Source of the DNA: Escherichia phage MirsaeidiM_Esher2
Sequence record: PQ464628.1
Strand: one strand, 5' to 3'
DNA length: 40,547 bases
Within the stretch, counting starts at the first letter, position 1; the number at the start of each line of letters is the position of its first letter. The notes beneath the pieces were generated by a model, which saw only the letters and a list, made by a program, of their open reading frames with translations, did no database searches and was not told the origin of the DNA. Below are positions 25,601 to 35,700 of this stretch, piece after piece. The position numbers and the translations under genes are program-made.

Positions 25601-25863
25601 CGACCTTTAAGGCCCTCTCTACAGAGGGTCCTACCTTAGAGACGTACAGTTCTACGGTGGGGACCAGCCTGAAGGTTGACTTCCCTGAGCTTTCAGATGT
25701 GACCGATTGGTCGCTGCTTGAGGTGACTACGCCTGATGGTGTTAGCTACTCCCGTAGAACCAACAGTCTCTACTTCAAGGCCACCTCTGGCGTGGAAGGT
25801 CTGGTGATTGTTGGGTATGACGGTTCGCCTGTGCGTTCCTTCAACGTATCTTTCACAAACTAA
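25579..25863 (+). CDS. capsid protein 10B C-terminal extension (reached by -1 frameshift)
   Basis: -1 frame open from 25525 to stop at 25861..25863; adds ~94 aa after Phe343; ORF-track entry 25657..25863 is the tail of this frame. Confidence 0.45.
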   Translation, partial: HSGAGGLTTFKALSTEGPTLETYSSTVGTSLKVDFPELSDVTDWSLLEVTTPDGVSYSRRTNSLYFKATSGVEGLVIVGYDGSPVRSFNVSFTN

Positions 25864-25866
25864 TTG

Positions 25867-25906
25867 AAACCCCTTGGGTGCCTTCGGGTGCTTGAGGGGT
25901 TTTTTG
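25867..25906 (+). terminator. intrinsic terminator after capsid gene (Tphi-like)
   Basis: Long GC/GU stem around a C(UUCG)G tetraloop (25882..25887) followed by TTTTTTG (25900..25906). Confidence 0.8.
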
Positions 25907-25920
25907 CTTAAGGAGGGACT

Positions 25921-26010
25921 ATGGTCCTTATTTACACATGGTTAGTACTATTCGTCTTATTCTGGGCGTACCTGCTGCCAAGCTCACCGTCTAGCCCCTA
26001 TGACTGTTAA
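25921..26010 (+). CDS. hypothetical 29-aa hydrophobic peptide
   Basis: Strong SD AGGAGGG 5 nt upstream; stop TAA overlaps the SD of gene 11; very short. Confidence 0.25.
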   Translation: MVLIYTWLVLFVLFWAYLLPSSPSSPYDC

Positions 26011-26021
26011 GGAGTAAACCT

Positions 26022-26588
26022 ATGTCTCAATACATTCCACTGAATGCTAACGATGACTTAGACGCCATCAACGATATGTTAGCTGCTATCGGTGAACCGG
26101 CAGTCCTACAGCTTGACGAAGGCAATGCTGACGTCTCGAATGCTCAACGCATCCTGCATCGTGTCAATCGTCAGGTCCAAGCTAAGGGATGGAACTTTAA
26201 CATTAATGAAGCTGCTGTCCTGACACCTGATGTCCAAGACAACAGGATTCGATTCCTGCCGTCATACCTTCGTGTAATGACTGCCGGGGCCACCAGCTAC
26301 TACAGCAACATGGGTGGATACCTGTACGACCTGTCCACTCAGTCAACCACTTTCACCGACCCTATAACGGTAGAGCTTGTTGAGATGAAACCGTTCTCTG
26401 AGATGCCTGTGGTATTCAGGGATTACATCGTTACCAAGGCCAGCCGTGAGTTCAACGCTAAGTTCTTCGGTAGCCCAGAGTCTGAGCTGTACCTTCGTGA
26501 GCAGGAAGCAGAACTCTATCAGCAGGTCATGGAATACGAGATGGACACTGGTCGCTACAACATGATGTCCGACATCGGGAGGGACTAA
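26022..26588 (+). CDS. 11: tail tubular protein A (T7 gp11 homolog)
   Basis: 188 aa; AINDMLAAIGEP, YIVTKASREFNAKFFG, MEYEMD..YNM match recalled T7 gp11. Confidence 0.95.
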   Translation: MSQYIPLNANDDLDAINDMLAAIGEPAVLQLDEGNADVSNAQRILHRVNRQVQAKGWNFNINEAAVLTPDVQDNRIRFLPSYLRVMTAGATSYYSNMGGYLYDLSTQSTTFTDPITVELVEMKPFSEMPVVFRDYIVTKASREFNAKFFGSPESELYLREQEAELYQQVMEYEMDTGRYNMMSDIGRD

Positions 26589-28945
26589 TGCCGCTTATTA
26601 CTCAGTCAATCAAGAACCTTAAAGGTGGCATTAGCCAACAGCCTGATATACTTAGGTTCTCAGACCAAGGCGAGGCACAGGTTAACTGCTGGTCATCCGA
26701 GAGTGATGGACTCCAGAAGCGTCCACCTACAGTCTTCAAGCGACGTCTTAACATCGACGTTGGAAGCAGCCCTAAGTTCCACCTGATTAACCGTGATGAG
26801 CAGGAGCAGTATTACATCGTGTTCAACGGGTCCAACATTCAGGTAGTCGACTTGAGCGGTAATCAATACTCAGTTTCAGGTGCGGTAGACTACGTTAAGT
26901 CGTCCAACCCGCGAGATGACATCCGTGTCGTTACCGTTGCAGACTATACGTTCATCGTGAACCGTAAGGTTGTCGTTAACGGTGGAAGCGAGAAGTCACA
27001 CTCTGGTTATAATCGTAAAGCTCGTGCTTTAATTAACCTGCGTGGTGGACAGTATGGTCGCACCCTTAAGGTAGGAATCAACGGAGGCGTTAAGGTTTCG
27101 CATAAGCTGCCAGCAGGTAATGATGCCGAGAATGACCCACCTAAGGTGGATGCTCAGGCCATCGGTGCAGCTCTGAGAGACCTTCTTGTTGCTGCTTACC
27201 CTACCTTCACTTTCGACCTTGGGTCTGGATTCCTGCTAATCACAGCTCCTTCAGGGACCGATATTAACTCAGTGGAGACGGAGGATGGCTACGCTAACCA
27301 GCTAATAAGCCCAGTCCTAGACACTGTGCAGACAATCTCTAAACTACCTCTTGCCGCTCCTAATGGGTATATCATTAAGATTCAAGGTGAGACAAACAGT
27401 AGCGCCGATGAATACTACGTGATGTATGACTCCAACACTAAGACGTGGAAGGAGACAGTGGAGCCGGGAGTTGTCACTGGGTTCGATAACACCACAATGC
27501 CACACGCCCTGGTACGACAATCTGATGGCTCCTTTGAGTTCAAGGCTCTGGACTGGTCTAAGCGTGGTGCTGGTAATGATGACACAAACCCTATGCCTAG
27601 CTTCGTGGATGCTACGATTAACGATGTGTTCTTCTACAGGAACAGGCTAGGGTTCTTGTCAGGCGAGAACGTAATCATGAGCCGTTCAGCCAGCTACTTT
27701 GCGTTCTTCCCTAAGAGTGTGGCGACACTGAGTGATGATGACCCTATTGATGTAGCTGTAAGTCACCCTCGAATCTCAATCCTTAAGTATGCCGTTCCGT
27801 TTAGCGAGCAGCTACTACTTTGGTCGGATGAGGTTCAGTTCGTGATGACAAGCTCTGGTGTCCTTACCTCGAAGTCTATCCAGCTTGATGTAGGCTCAGA
27901 GTTTGCCCTAGGTGACAATGCCAGACCGTTCGCTGTAGGACGCTCAGTCTTCTTCTCAGCTCCTCGTGGGTCATTCACCAGCATTAAGCGATACTTCGCT
28001 GTAGCTGATGTGTCTGATGTGAAGGATGCAGATGATACAACTGGTCACGTACTGTCCTACATCCCTAACGGGGTGTTTGATATTCAAGGTACAGGGACTG
28101 AGAACTACATCTGCGTCAACTCTACAGGTGCATACAACCGTATCTACATCTACAAGTTCTTGTTTAAGGACGGCGTACAGCTTCAAGCCTCTTGGTCACA
28201 CTGGGAGTTCCCTAAAGATGATAAGATTCTTGCGTCTGCTTCTATTGGCTCTACCATGTTCATCGTTCGTCAGCACCAAGGAGGGGTAGACATTGAGCAC
28301 CTTAAGTTCATCAAGGAGGCAACTGACTTTCCGTCAGAGCCATATAGACTCCATGTTGACTCCAAGGTGTCTATGGTCATCCCAATTGGCTCGTTTAATG
28401 CTGACACATATAAGACTACGGTTGACATTGGTGCTGCTTATAGCGGTAACGCTCCGTCTCCCGGTCGGTACTATCTGATTGACAGTCAGGGTGCTTATTT
28501 AGACCTTGGGGAATTAACCAGTATCTCTACTGTGATTACCCTCAACGGCGATTGGTCAGGACGTACAGTGTTCATCGGACGGTCCTATCTGATGTCCTAC
28601 AAGTTCTCACGGTTCCTGATTAAGATTGAAGATGATAGTGGCACTCAGTCTGAAGACACTGGTCGTCTACAGCTTCGTCGGGCTTGGGTCAACTACAAGG
28701 ACACTGGCGCTCTGAGACTCATTGTCAGAAACGGTGAGCGAGAGTTCGTTAACACCTTTAATGGGTACACCCTTGGTCAGCAAACCATAGGGACTACTAA
28801 CATTGGTGACGGGCAGTATCGCTTCGCTATGAATGGTAACGCATTAACCACGAGTCTAACCTTAGAGTCCGACTATCCTACCCCAGTGTCAATCGTTGGA
28901 TGTGGCTGGGAGGCGTCATACGCTAAGAAAGCTCGTTCCGTCTAA
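26588..28945 (+). CDS. 12: tail tubular protein B (T7 gp12 homolog)
   Basis: 785 aa; ATG overlaps gp11 stop (TAATG); size and position as T7 gp12. Confidence 0.93.
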   Translation: MPLITQSIKNLKGGISQQPDILRFSDQGEAQVNCWSSESDGLQKRPPTVFKRRLNIDVGSSPKFHLINRDEQEQYYIVFNGSNIQVVDLSGNQYSVSGAVDYVKSSNPRDDIRVVTVADYTFIVNRKVVVNGGSEKSHSGYNRKARALINLRGGQYGRTLKVGINGGVKVSHKLPAGNDAENDPPKVDAQAIGAALRDLLVAAYPTFTFDLGSGFLLITAPSGTDINSVETEDGYANQLISPVLDTVQTISKLPLAAPNGYIIKIQGETNSSADEYYVMYDSNTKTWKETVEPGVVTGFDNTTMPHALVRQSDGSFEFKALDWSKRGAGNDDTNPMPSFVDATINDVFFYRNRLGFLSGENVIMSRSASYFAFFPKSVATLSDDDPIDVAVSHPRISILKYAVPFSEQLLLWSDEVQFVMTSSGVLTSKSIQLDVGSEFALGDNARPFAVGRSVFFSAPRGSFTSIKRYFAVADVSDVKDADDTTGHVLSYIPNGVFDIQGTGTENYICVNSTGAYNRIYIYKFLFKDGVQLQASWSHWEFPKDDKILASASIGSTMFIVRQHQGGVDIEHLKFIKEATDFPSEPYRLHVDSKVSMVIPIGSFNADTYKTTVDIGAAYSGNAPSPGRYYLIDSQGAYLDLGELTSISTVITLNGDWSGRTVFIGRSYLMSYKFSRFLIKIEDDSGTQSEDTGRLQLRRAWVNYKDTGALRLIVRNGEREFVNTFNGYTLGQQTIGTTNIGDGQYRFAMNGNALTTSLTLESDYPTPVSIVGCGWEASYAKKARSV

Positions 28946-28952
28946 CTTATTG

Positions 28953-29002
28953 AAGGGCCTATAGATTTACCTTAACTATCACTATAGGGACTATAGGCCC
29001 TT
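28953..29002. repeat. perfect 12-bp inverted repeat (AAGGGCCTATAG / CTATAGGCCCTT) enclosing the phi13 promoter
   Basis: Arms 28953..28964 and 28991..29002 are exact reverse complements; in read-through RNA this forms an RNase III-type hairpin (R13-like). Confidence 0.6.
28970..28992 (+). promoter_or_regulatory. phage-RNAP promoter (CCTTAACTATCACTATAGGGACT)
   Basis: Consensus; upstream of gene 13. Confidence 0.8.
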
Positions 29003-29021
29003 AAGGTTATAAGGAGACTTT

Positions 29022-29483
29022 ATGTATATTCGCAAGGCTACGGATGTAGACGTTTGGTACGCTGCTGCACAACTTACAGATGACGACTTAGAGGAGTGTA
29101 AAGCCAACTACGGGACCACTGAAGGTCTCGCTGAAAGGATGCAAGCACACCTAACGTCTTCATCTGTGGTTTTGACTAACGCTACTGGGGACATTTACGC
29201 CTATGGAGGCAACCAAGGTGACAACGTTTGGTTCCTGACAACCAGAATGACCGAGCGTCTCCCACCTAAAGGTAAGCGAGAGTTCCGTGAGAGAGTAATG
29301 GAGTATCGTGACAAGATGCTGGAGGACTACCCGGTACTATGGAACTACGTCTGGGAAGGCAATGCGTCCCACATCCGGTTTCTCAAGTCAATAGGCGCTA
29401 AGTTCCACGACGATAAGTGGACCAGAAGTCCAGTGACTGGAGAAGTATTCATTCTATTCACAATCACCAAGGAGGACACGTGA
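29022..29483 (+). CDS. gp13-like internal virion/assembly protein (by position)
   Basis: 153 aa; SD AAGGAG; first gene after the phi13-like promoter. Confidence 0.65.
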   Translation: MYIRKATDVDVWYAAAQLTDDDLEECKANYGTTEGLAERMQAHLTSSSVVLTNATGDIYAYGGNQGDNVWFLTTRMTERLPPKGKREFRERVMEYRDKMLEDYPVLWNYVWEGNASHIRFLKSIGAKFHDDKWTRSPVTGEVFILFTITKEDT

Positions 29484-29866
29484 CTAAGGTCTGTACCGTC
29501 TGTAAAATTGAAAAGCCACTAGAAGCGTTCTCTCCACGGAAAGACTCTAAGTGTGGTGTACGCTCTGCCTGTAAGCTGTGTCATAATGGACGGAGCCACA
29601 AGAACAAGGGATACGAGAAGTATCACATTACGCAGATAGAATATGATTCCATCCTAAAAGAGCAGGGCGGGGTCTGCGCAATCTGCAAGACATTAGGAAC
29701 TAGCCGAGGATTATGTGTTGACCACTGTCACACCTCCGGGAAAGTCCGAGGAATCCTATGTCATACCTGCAACCTAAAGCTGACCCGTAGAAACTACCAC
29801 TCTACATGCGAAGATTTCGATGGTAAGGCTGCTGAGTATCTGGCTACAAGCCGGAAGGGGGATTAG
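29480..29866 (+). CDS. endonuclease VII-like His-Me finger (HNH superfamily) nuclease
   Basis: Motif C-x2-C...[21 protein letters not shown] (endo VII signature) plus an N-terminal Cys cluster; no ATG in frame, GTG at 29480 with AAGGAGG 4 nt upstream overlaps the gp13 stop (GTGA); ORF track gives 29417. Confidence 0.7.
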   Translation: MTKVCTVCKIEKPLEAFSPRKDSKCGVRSACKLCHNGRSHKNKGYEKYHITQIEYDSILKEQGGVCAICKTLGTSRGLCVDHCHTSGKVRGILCHTCNLKLTRRNYHSTCEDFDGKAAEYLATSRKGD

Positions 29867-29902
29867 GAAATTTGCGAACCAATTTCAATCGGTTTAGGTA
29901 TT

Positions 29903-30457
29903 ATGTCTGTAGCTGGTGCCACTATGTCCGCATCCCAACAGGCCAAGGCTGAAGGTGCAGCAATTGACGCTCAGAACCGACAGGCTCAGGAAATGGTTAA
30001 GCAGATGAACTACTCTGACGCCAACCTGAGGATGCAGGAGAGGGACCTGAAGGAACAGCAGATGGCTGAACTGACAGAGACCACTCTCAACGGTATCCGC
30101 AATCAGGGTATGGTACGAGCTGCGGTAGCTGAGTCAGGTCTGGAAGGTAACTCTATGGACAGGATTGAACGTCAGGTCAAAGGAGATACAGTCAAGGAGC
30201 GAGCAGGGATTACCGAAAGCTACAACCGTGACTATGCGGCTATCTTCGGGAACCGTATCGCCAACATTGAGAACACCAAGTCTGCTATCCACGGTCAAGG
30301 TAAAATCATCAAGACCAGCCCACTGGCTCATGCACTTAATGTTGCAAGCGCAGGGATGCAGGGGTACGCTGCTGGTAAGTCAATCTCTGGGGCATCAAGC
30401 TCTGGTGGTGCTGCACCGATTAGTGCTGCTAAAGGTACACCTACAGGTCATAGCTAA
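29903..30457 (+). CDS. 14: internal virion protein (T7 gp14 homolog)
   Basis: 184 aa; ...GLEGNSMDRIERQ..., NRDYAAIFG resemble recalled T7 gp14. Confidence 0.85.
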   Translation: MSVAGATMSASQQAKAEGAAIDAQNRQAQEMVKQMNYSDANLRMQERDLKEQQMAELTETTLNGIRNQGMVRAAVAESGLEGNSMDRIERQVKGDTVKERAGITESYNRDYAAIFGNRIANIENTKSAIHGQGKIIKTSPLAHALNVASAGMQGYAAGKSISGASSSGGAAPISAAKGTPTGHS

Positions 30458-30468
30458 GAGGAGGACTA

Positions 30469-32751
30469 ATGGCTAGTAATATTGAATCAGCTCTGGCTAA
30501 TCGGACTATGGGTCGTGGCAGAGCGCCGGGTAAAACTATCGCCGTCAACTATCAAGCAGCCAGCGTTCAGGCTCCAACTGGTGACTCCGGTCTGGCTCGG
30601 GCGTTAACCAACTTCGTTGAGTCTGGGACTGGATTATACAAGCAGTTCAAAGACGAGGAGAAGACACGGGCCGACGAGCGGTCTAACGAGATTATCCGTA
30701 AGCTGACACCTCAACAAAGACGTGAGGCTATCCAGAACGGCACATTGCTGTATCAGGATGACCCTTACGCTATGGAAGCACTTCGAGTCAAGACTGGTCG
30801 TAATGCTGCCTTTGCTGTAGACGACGAGATTAACGTTAAGATTCAGAACGGTGAGTTCCGTACACGTCAGGACATGGAAGAGTATCGCCACCAGCGACTT
30901 CAGGACGCAGCTAAGTCCTATGCTGAAGAGGCGGGTATTAACCCTACGGACGAGTTCTTCCAGCGTGGGTTCAACGATAACATCACAGACCGCAACATCG
31001 CTATCTATGGGTCTTTCAATAAGTATTTCAGCAAGCAGTCTGAAGAGACAGCAATGTTGAACACTCGTATTGAGATGAACTCATTCCTGAACGATGGCGA
31101 CCTGATGCGTTCACCTGAGTCTGGCAAGACATTCATGGCCTACCTTCGTGATGGACTGACTACTGCTGCTATCCCCTCGGACCAGCGAGCGCGGGAGGTC
31201 ATTACCCAGACGGTCCGTGACGCAATCCAGAAGTCAGGCGGCTCAAACTTCCTACAGCAAGTACGAGGCGAGCGCATCACCCTTAACGGCGTGGATGCTA
31301 CAGTCGAAGAGATTGTAGGACCTGATGTCTTCAACGCTGCTATTGTTGAGTCACAGGGAACTGAGTACAAGCTGGTGGCTAAGTATCAGGAAGACTTAGC
31401 GTTAGGCGTTCAGTCTGCGATTCTTCAGGACGACCCAACCATCGGTCTTGCCCAGATTCAGAAACTCAAGGAGCAGAACAACCTGCTTCAGCCGGGTGAA
31501 GAACTTACGCCTCAGCGTCAGATGCTTATTAATGCCGAAGCCAGCTTACTGGAAGCGGTCAAGCGTAAGTCTGCTGAACAGGCGAAGGAGAACACTAAGT
31601 TAATCCAGACCCAGAACAAGCAACTTGTCATCGACCAAGTATATCAGCGACGTCTGGCTGGAGACAACGTGTCCACCAACTATGAGGACCTTCCGGTCTC
31701 TGAATCCACAGGAGAGTTCAAGCGTTCAGACATGAACAACTATGCGTCTGCTAAGCTACAGCAGATTGACCAGATGGACATCCCTGAGGCTGCTAAAGAC
31801 GCACAGAAGGTGGCATTGTTAAGGGCTGACACTAACAATGGTCCGTTCCGTAATGCCTTCCAGACGCTGACTCAGGACGCTGCTGGTGAGTGGCAAGCTG
31901 CGGTCATCCGTGGGCAGTACGACCCAGACAAGATGAAACGCTTCGAGTCTCTTCGTCGTGCCTACACTCAGGACCCTTCAAGTTTTGCTGCTCTGTATCC
32001 TGACCAAGCTCAGTTGTTCTCTACGTTCGACCAGATGGACAAGATGGGTCTGGACCCTCAGACGATGATTGAAGCTGATAAGCAAGCTGCAAGTCAAAGC
32101 CGTGAGATGCGAATGGAGTCAGACAAGGCGTGGCAGGAGTTGAAGAACGACTCTCGGAATAAGGACCTTTCGCGTCTTCCTACGTCTCTGGACGCAAGTG
32201 CTCGTAAGGTCTGGGACTCATGGTACTATCGTACAGGTAACGCTGACGCTGCAACTCAGCAGACTCAACGCTGGCTTAATGAGAACACCGTAACGTTCCA
32301 GTCTGAGGGTTCTGATGGTAAGTCCATCGGCATGGTGTCCAAACACCAGCTTATGGTCGGGGATAACCCAGAGTCGTGGCAGGTTGGTCGAGACATTATC
32401 GACACCGCTCGTAAGCAGCTCATTAAGGCCAACCCTTGGGTAGTGAACTCTCAGTTGTCCGTTGTTGAACAGAACGGCTCTATCTTCCTCCAAGACGCTA
32501 CAGGTACTATTCGTATTCGCTACGATAAAGAACTTGTAGGTAAACTCTACCGTGAACAACAGCAGAAGGCACAAGATGCCGCATATGCTCAGGCAGAACG
32601 TGACGCTAACAAGCGAGCGCGTATCGTCGGGACTAAAGCTGCTGGTGACAAACGTCGAGCTGACCGAGAGGCCAACATCGAGAAGCGCGGTGGGATGTAC
32701 AATGACGTCTCACTGGAGGGTATCGCAAACACCTTAATCGGTAAGGAGTAA
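30469..32751 (+). CDS. 15: internal core protein (T7 gp15 homolog)
   Basis: 760 aa; SD GAGGAGG; size and position as T7 gp15. Confidence 0.93.
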   Translation: MASNIESALANRTMGRGRAPGKTIAVNYQAASVQAPTGDSGLARALTNFVESGTGLYKQFKDEEKTRADERSNEIIRKLTPQQRREAIQNGTLLYQDDPYAMEALRVKTGRNAAFAVDDEINVKIQNGEFRTRQDMEEYRHQRLQDAAKSYAEEAGINPTDEFFQRGFNDNITDRNIAIYGSFNKYFSKQSEETAMLNTRIEMNSFLNDGDLMRSPESGKTFMAYLRDGLTTAAIPSDQRAREVITQTVRDAIQKSGGSNFLQQVRGERITLNGVDATVEEIVGPDVFNAAIVESQGTEYKLVAKYQEDLALGVQSAILQDDPTIGLAQIQKLKEQNNLLQPGEELTPQRQMLINAEASLLEAVKRKSAEQAKENTKLIQTQNKQLVIDQVYQRRLAGDNVSTNYEDLPVSESTGEFKRSDMNNYASAKLQQIDQMDIPEAAKDAQKVALLRADTNNGPFRNAFQTLTQDAAGEWQAAVIRGQYDPDKMKRFESLRRAYTQDPSSFAALYPDQAQLFSTFDQMDKMGLDPQTMIEADKQAASQSREMRMESDKAWQELKNDSRNKDLSRLPTSLDASARKVWDSWYYRTGNADAATQQTQRWLNENTVTFQSEGSDGKSIGMVSKHQLMVGDNPESWQVGRDIIDTARKQLIKANPWVVNSQLSVVEQNGSIFLQDATGTIRIRYDKELVGKLYREQQQKAQDAAYAQAERDANKRARIVGTKAAGDKRRADREANIEKRGGMYNDVSLEGIANTLIGKE

Positions 32752-32756
32752 TAATA

Positions 32757-35700
32757 ATGGCGACTCGTGGTATTCGCAACAATAACATCGGGAACATTCG
32801 TGTTTCCAAAGACCAGTGGGAAGGAGCTACAGGAGACGATGGGTCTTTCGTAACGTTCGACAGCCCTGAATCCGGGGTCCGAGCCTTAGCGAAAAACCTT
32901 CAAAGCTACGGTCGCCAAGGCTATGACTCAATCGAGAAGATTATCAACCGATGGGCGCCCCCCAGCGAGAATGCAACTCAGTCTTATATCGACTCGGTTG
33001 TGGCTGCTACTGGCATTCCAGCGACCCAAAGTATCGACTTGACGAACCCTGATGTCCTCGCCTCTCTGTCTGAGGCTATCGGCTACCACGAGACTGGTTC
33101 CCGGTATGACCATGAGGTCTACAAGACTGGCGTCTCTCGTGCCTTAAGTGGTGCGGGAGGCATAACCCCAAAGACTCCACCAGTAAGCGCTAACGTATTT
33201 GACGCACTCACGGAAGGACTCAAGGCTAAACCTAAAGTAGCTCTGGGCGAGAACCTTCCGACCGCTGCTGGTCTAAACATTGAGGGTCAAGCACCTGAAG
33301 CTCCCAACGAATCGTTCGGTGAGATGTTCTATAAGTCTACTGGCGAGACCATGCAGGAACGAGAGGATCGCTCTACGTGGTTCGGTTTCGGCTCGGCTAC
33401 AGAAGCTGAAGTGAAGAACTCTATGGTCGGCGTGGCTATCCGCGCTGGTCAGACCGAGGACTCACTTGATGTCATTGGCGATGTGTTCAACCCTACCCGC
33501 TGGAACAACCATAAGTGGACTCGTGAAGAGCTTGACCAGATTCGTAACGCTGGGGTTCTGCCTCAGTATTACGGAGTAATTACTGGCGGTTCTCCTCAGA
33601 ATCTGACAGAGCTGATCAACTTGGCGTTGGATAACCAGAAGTTGGACCAAGAGAAGGCCAAGGCTGGGACTGGTGCTCAGTTAGCTGCTGGTGTGATTGG
33701 CGCTGGTGTGGACCCTCTGACCTACGTTCCTATCGCTGGACAGATTGGTAAGGGTGGCAAGCTGGTCAACAAGATGTTCACCGTGGCTGCTCAATCTGGA
33801 GCACTTGCTGGTGTATCAGAGATGGCCCGTACCTCAGTGGCCGGTGGTGATGCTCATGTGGCTGAGGCTATCCTTGGCGGTGCTCTCTTCGGCGGAGGTA
33901 TGACTGCTATCGCTGATGGTTTAGGCAGAGCCTTAGGTCGTAACACTAACGAGTTCGCTGGACCAGCCACACGTCTGGAAGCTCGTGAGACATCCCGTAA
34001 CGTTGATGGTCAGGACCTGTCTCGTCTACCTATTCAAGAAGGTGAGGAGACCTTTAGTCATCAAGGCGTTAAGTTCGCTGACGTTCCGAATGAGCCGGGT
34101 AGTGTACGACTGGAAGATGGTTCAATCCTGATTGGTGAAAACCCTCTGAACCCTAAGACACGTCAAGTCTTTGACGAAGTGATTGAGCCAGAACGTGCCG
34201 CTGCTGGTGTGAACCTTGGTGGACTTACCGAGATTGGCCTGAAGCTGCTTCGGTCTGAGAACCCTGAGATTCGTGGAGTCGCTGCTGACTTAGTGCGTTC
34301 ACCAACCGGTATGCAGTCAGGGGCCTCAGGTAAAATCGGGACCACTGCGTCAGACGTATTCGAGAGACTTCGTGCTGTGGACCATCGGTTCTACAACGAC
34401 ATCGACGACGCGGTTACTGAGGCGCTCAAGGACCCATACTTCCAGACAGCATTCTGGCGAGACTCTGGCGCATTCCGTCAGGACATCTACCAGCGTGTGT
34501 CTATGGCTATTGAAGACGGTAGCGGAAACCTGAAGGCTGAACTGACTCCGGGAGAACTGAAGGTCTATGACCTGCTGAAGAACCAGTTTGACGCCAAGCG
34601 TGAGATGATGGAGAACCCGGCGATGTTTGGTCGTCCAGACGCTCAGTCTATCTTTCCGGGCAGCCGCTTCAAGGGAACCTACGTCCCGCATGTGTATAGC
34701 AACCAGATGAAGGAGCTGTACATCAAGGAGCTTGGGAGTACAGAGGCACTACAGGAGGCCATCAAGAAGTCATGGTTGACCAGCTATGCGTCTCGACCTG
34801 AGGTCAAGAAACGTGTGGACGAGGCACTCTTAGAGGCTGACCCTACGTTGACTCCAGAAGGACTTGCGGCTGCGGTCGATAAGTACGCCAACGATAAGGC
34901 TTATGGTATCTCTCACACCGAGCAGTTCGAGCGTTCATCCGTAATGGAAGAGAACATCAATGGCCTGGTGGGTCTGGAGAACAACAGCTTCCTTGAGGCT
35001 CGTAACCTGTTCGATAGCGATATGTCAATCGTCCTACCTAACGGTCAGACCTTCAGTGTCAACAACCTGCGTGAGTGGGACATGGACAAGATTGTCCCGG
35101 CCTACAACCGTCGAGTTAATGGCGATATTGCTATCATGGCTGGTACAGGCAAGACCACGAAGGACATGAAGGACTTGGTTGAGACCATGATGAACAAGGC
35201 TGGGGATGACGGTAAGTTGAAAGGTGAAGTATCTACCTTACGTGACACCTTGAAGATTCTAACTGGTCGTTCTCGACGCGATGGTGCTGATGATGCAGCC
35301 TTCGCTACCGTGATGCGCACAATGACAGACCTATCGTTCTTCGCTAAGAATGCCTACATGGGTGTTCAGAACTTAACGGAGATTGGTGGTATGCTGGCTC
35401 GTGGCAACGTTCGTGCAATGCTGCATGGAGTCCCAATTTTCCGTGACCTAGCCTTCCGTAACAAGAAGGTTGGGGCCTCAGAGATTAAGGACCTGCACAA
35501 TGTTATCTTCGGTAAGGAACTGGATGACTCAATCCGTCCGTCTAAACAGGATGTCATTGACCGTCTGCGATCTTACAGTGACCTCGGTCGTGGTACAGCT
35601 ACAGCTCTGGGGACTGCCAAGTATTACACTGGCGAACTTGCAGTACGCTCTCCGTTCACTAAAGTCCTCAACGGTACGACCAACTACCTGTTAGATGCTG

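Noticed and set aside
30165-30476. 103-aa alternative-frame ORF inside gene 14 (and 14130..14348, 6327..6578, 35845..36123 inside other genes)
   Set aside because: No SD, overlap conserved coding sequence, low-complexity Ser/Thr/Leu/Arg-rich translations typical of off-frame reading
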